This document shows positions 62,559 through 64,000 of a stretch of DNA of 64,000 nt, in pieces (position 1 is the first letter of the stretch; each line of letters begins with the position of its first letter). The position numbers were made by a program, and so were the translations under genes. Where the stretch lies: the NCBI GenBank assembly GCA_964013405.1, contig CAXGWI010000004.1:14101-78100 (forward strand). The letters are read 5' to 3'. A model generated the notes under the pieces. It made no database searches. It was not told the DNA's origin and worked only from the letters and a program-made list of their open reading frames with translations. Origin of the DNA: an uncultured Myxococcales bacterium. Its GTDB lineage: Bacteria > Myxococcota > UBA4151.

Positions 62559-64000
62559 TGGCCGGGCAGTTGATTCGGGGTAAGGATTTGTCCCGTTCCA
62601 TCGAACTTGTGGGTGATCTGTGTATCATCGGTAGCGGTGCTGGCGGGGCTGTTCTGGCCGCTCGGGCTGTGGAGGCCGGGCGCAAAGTGATCATCCTCGA
62701 AGCGGGGGGCCTCTTCCGCAAGGACCGGTTCCGAATGCTGGAGTCGGAAGCCTTTACTGACCTCTATCAGGATCGAGGCGCCCGGCAGACGGCCGATAAG
62801 GCCATCACGGTCCTGCAAGGGCGAACGGTTGGTGGTGGGACCACGGTCAACTGGACCACGTGCTTTCGGACGCCTGAGCGCGTCCTAGACCACTGGCGTG
62901 CGCATCATGGTCTCGAAACCTGGACCAGCGAGGTCTTGGCGCCCCACTTCGAAGCGGTGGAGAAAAGACTCAACATCAGGCCGTGGCCCGAGGCCTTAGC
63001 CAATGAGAACAATCGTAAACTGCTCAGCGGTGGGCGAGCTTTAGGGTGGAGTGTGTCCTCGACCCGGCGCAACGTCCTTGGCTGCGTGAACTCTGGCTAT
63101 TGCGGCATGGGTTGTCCCGTGGAAGCGAAACAGGCCATGGAGCCCACCTATTTGGCCGATGCGCTGGCCGGGGGTGCGACGCTTATCACCGATTGCTTGG
63201 TGAAGAAGCTCCTCCGAGAGGGCGACGAGATCACGACCGCTGTGGGGCAATTGCATCAAGAAGCCAGCGAAGCAGAGCGCCCCTACCAAGTGAAGGTTCG
63301 GGCCAAGCGCTTTGTGGTCGCGGGCGGCTCACTCAACAGCCCAGCCCTGCTTCTCGCCAGTGGGCTGGATGCCCACGGGCGGGTTGGACGGCGGACCTAC
63401 CTCCACCCCGTGATCGGTGTGGGCGGGCGCTATTCCGAGCCGGTCCAAGGCTTCTACGGCGCGCCCCAGTCGGTGACCAGCCATCAGTTCGCTGAGGCGA
63501 AAGAGGGCGAGATGGGCTTCTTCCTTGAGACGGCCCCCGTGCACCCGGCCTTGTCAGCGTCGGTCTTTGCCGCTTTTGGCGGGGAGTTGAGCGAGACGAT
63601 GTCCCAGTTGGATCATACCGGGGTCCTCATCGCCCTCCATATCGACGGCTTTCTGCCAGATGATGAGGGGGGGACTGTGCGTTTGGTGGATGGTCGTCCC
63701 AGTCTTCATTATCCCGTTCGGCCGGCCCTCGCCGCCGCCTTTCGTGAAAGTCACAAGAGGCTTGCGGAGCTCACGCTGGCCGCCGGCGCGACCGAGGCAT
63801 TCACGATGCACCTCGATCCAGAGCGGATGCGTTCCAAGGCTGAAATCGCTGGCTTGGATCAGCGGGATTACGGCGCCTTCGAGCACCCGATCTTCTCGGC
63901 CCATCAGATGGGTGGCTGCACCATGGGTCCCGATTCGGCCACCAGCGTGGTCGACGAGCAACTCAAGATTCATGGGCTGACAAACGCCTATGTGGTGGAC
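62558..64000 (+). CDS. GMC family oxidoreductase, 3' end truncated
   Basis: ATG 62558 overlaps the upstream stop (TGATG). IIGSGAGG, LEAGG, QGRTVGGGTTVN, C..SGYC.MGCP and SAHQMGGC.MG. Open to the window end. Confidence 0.9.
   Translation, partial: MAGQLIRGKDLSRSIELVGDLCIIGSGAGGAVLAARAVEAGRKVIILEAGGLFRKDRFRMLESEAFTDLYQDRGARQTADKAITVLQGRTVGGGTTVNWTTCFRTPERVLDHWRAHHGLETWTSEVLAPHFEAVEKRLNIRPWPEALANENNRKLLSGGRALGWSVSSTRRNVLGCVNSGYCGMGCPVEAKQAMEPTYLADALAGGATLITDCLVKKLLREGDEITTAVGQLHQEASEAERPYQVKVRAKRFVVAGGSLNSPALLLASGLDAHGRVGRRTYLHPVIGVGGRYSEPVQGFYGAPQSVTSHQFAEAKEGEMGFFLETAPVHPALSASVFAAFGGELSETMSQLDHTGVLIALHIDGFLPDDEGGTVRLVDGRPSLHYPVRPALAAAFRESHKRLAELTLAAGATEAFTMHLDPERMRSKAEIAGLDQRDYGAFEHPIFSAHQMGGCTMGPDSATSVVDEQLKIHGLTNAYVVD

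Noticed and set aside
1..64000. Mobile elements, prophage, tRNA or rRNA genes
   Set aside because: No transposase, integrase or phage motifs were seen, and the intergenic gaps are short with no cloverleaf or rRNA-like sequence visible by eye.

Overview
GC-rich, densely coding bacterial chromosome segment. It is most consistent with Myxococcota/Deltaproteobacteria, given the Myxococcus-type Cys-rich CGDG..EECDDGN repeats, a TIGR02266-like PilZ gene and many C-P lipoproteins with D[AG]G linkers. Housekeeping genes include recC-recB-recD, bfr (with a Fur-like box), prmC, rplM-rpsI, truA, asd, a pgsA-like gene, ahcY and several dehydrogenases/oxidases. I saw no rRNA, tRNA, CRISPR array, transposase, integrase or reverse transcriptase. 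The accessory content is dominated by secreted lipoproteins. (1) Seven paralogs form one family: lipobox, Cys-rich repeats, an FG-GAP/CRTAC1-like propeller and a conserved C-terminal W-x-x-R-W-F tail. Five are tandem and translationally coupled (13955-24942, minus), one is divergent (25080-27500) and one is an orphan near 50.5-52.6 kb. The two divergent members share a 91-bp, 89/91-identical inverted repeat that flanks their promoters and 5' ends, so this is a candidate invertible or gene-conversion module. One member has an internally permuted segment, and start codons of downstream genes lie inside the upstream RWF codons. (2) Three unrelated proteins in the first 4.2 kb, including a phospholipase D, share a Pro-rich leader ending in DRFE at residues 34-41, a candidate export signal. 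(3) There is also a 21-repeat Cys-rich stalk tipped with a matrixin protease, a similar stalk tipped with an EPN/WND C-type lectin, and a propeller fused to a di-heme cytochrome. All domain calls come from motif recognition by eye; no searches were run.
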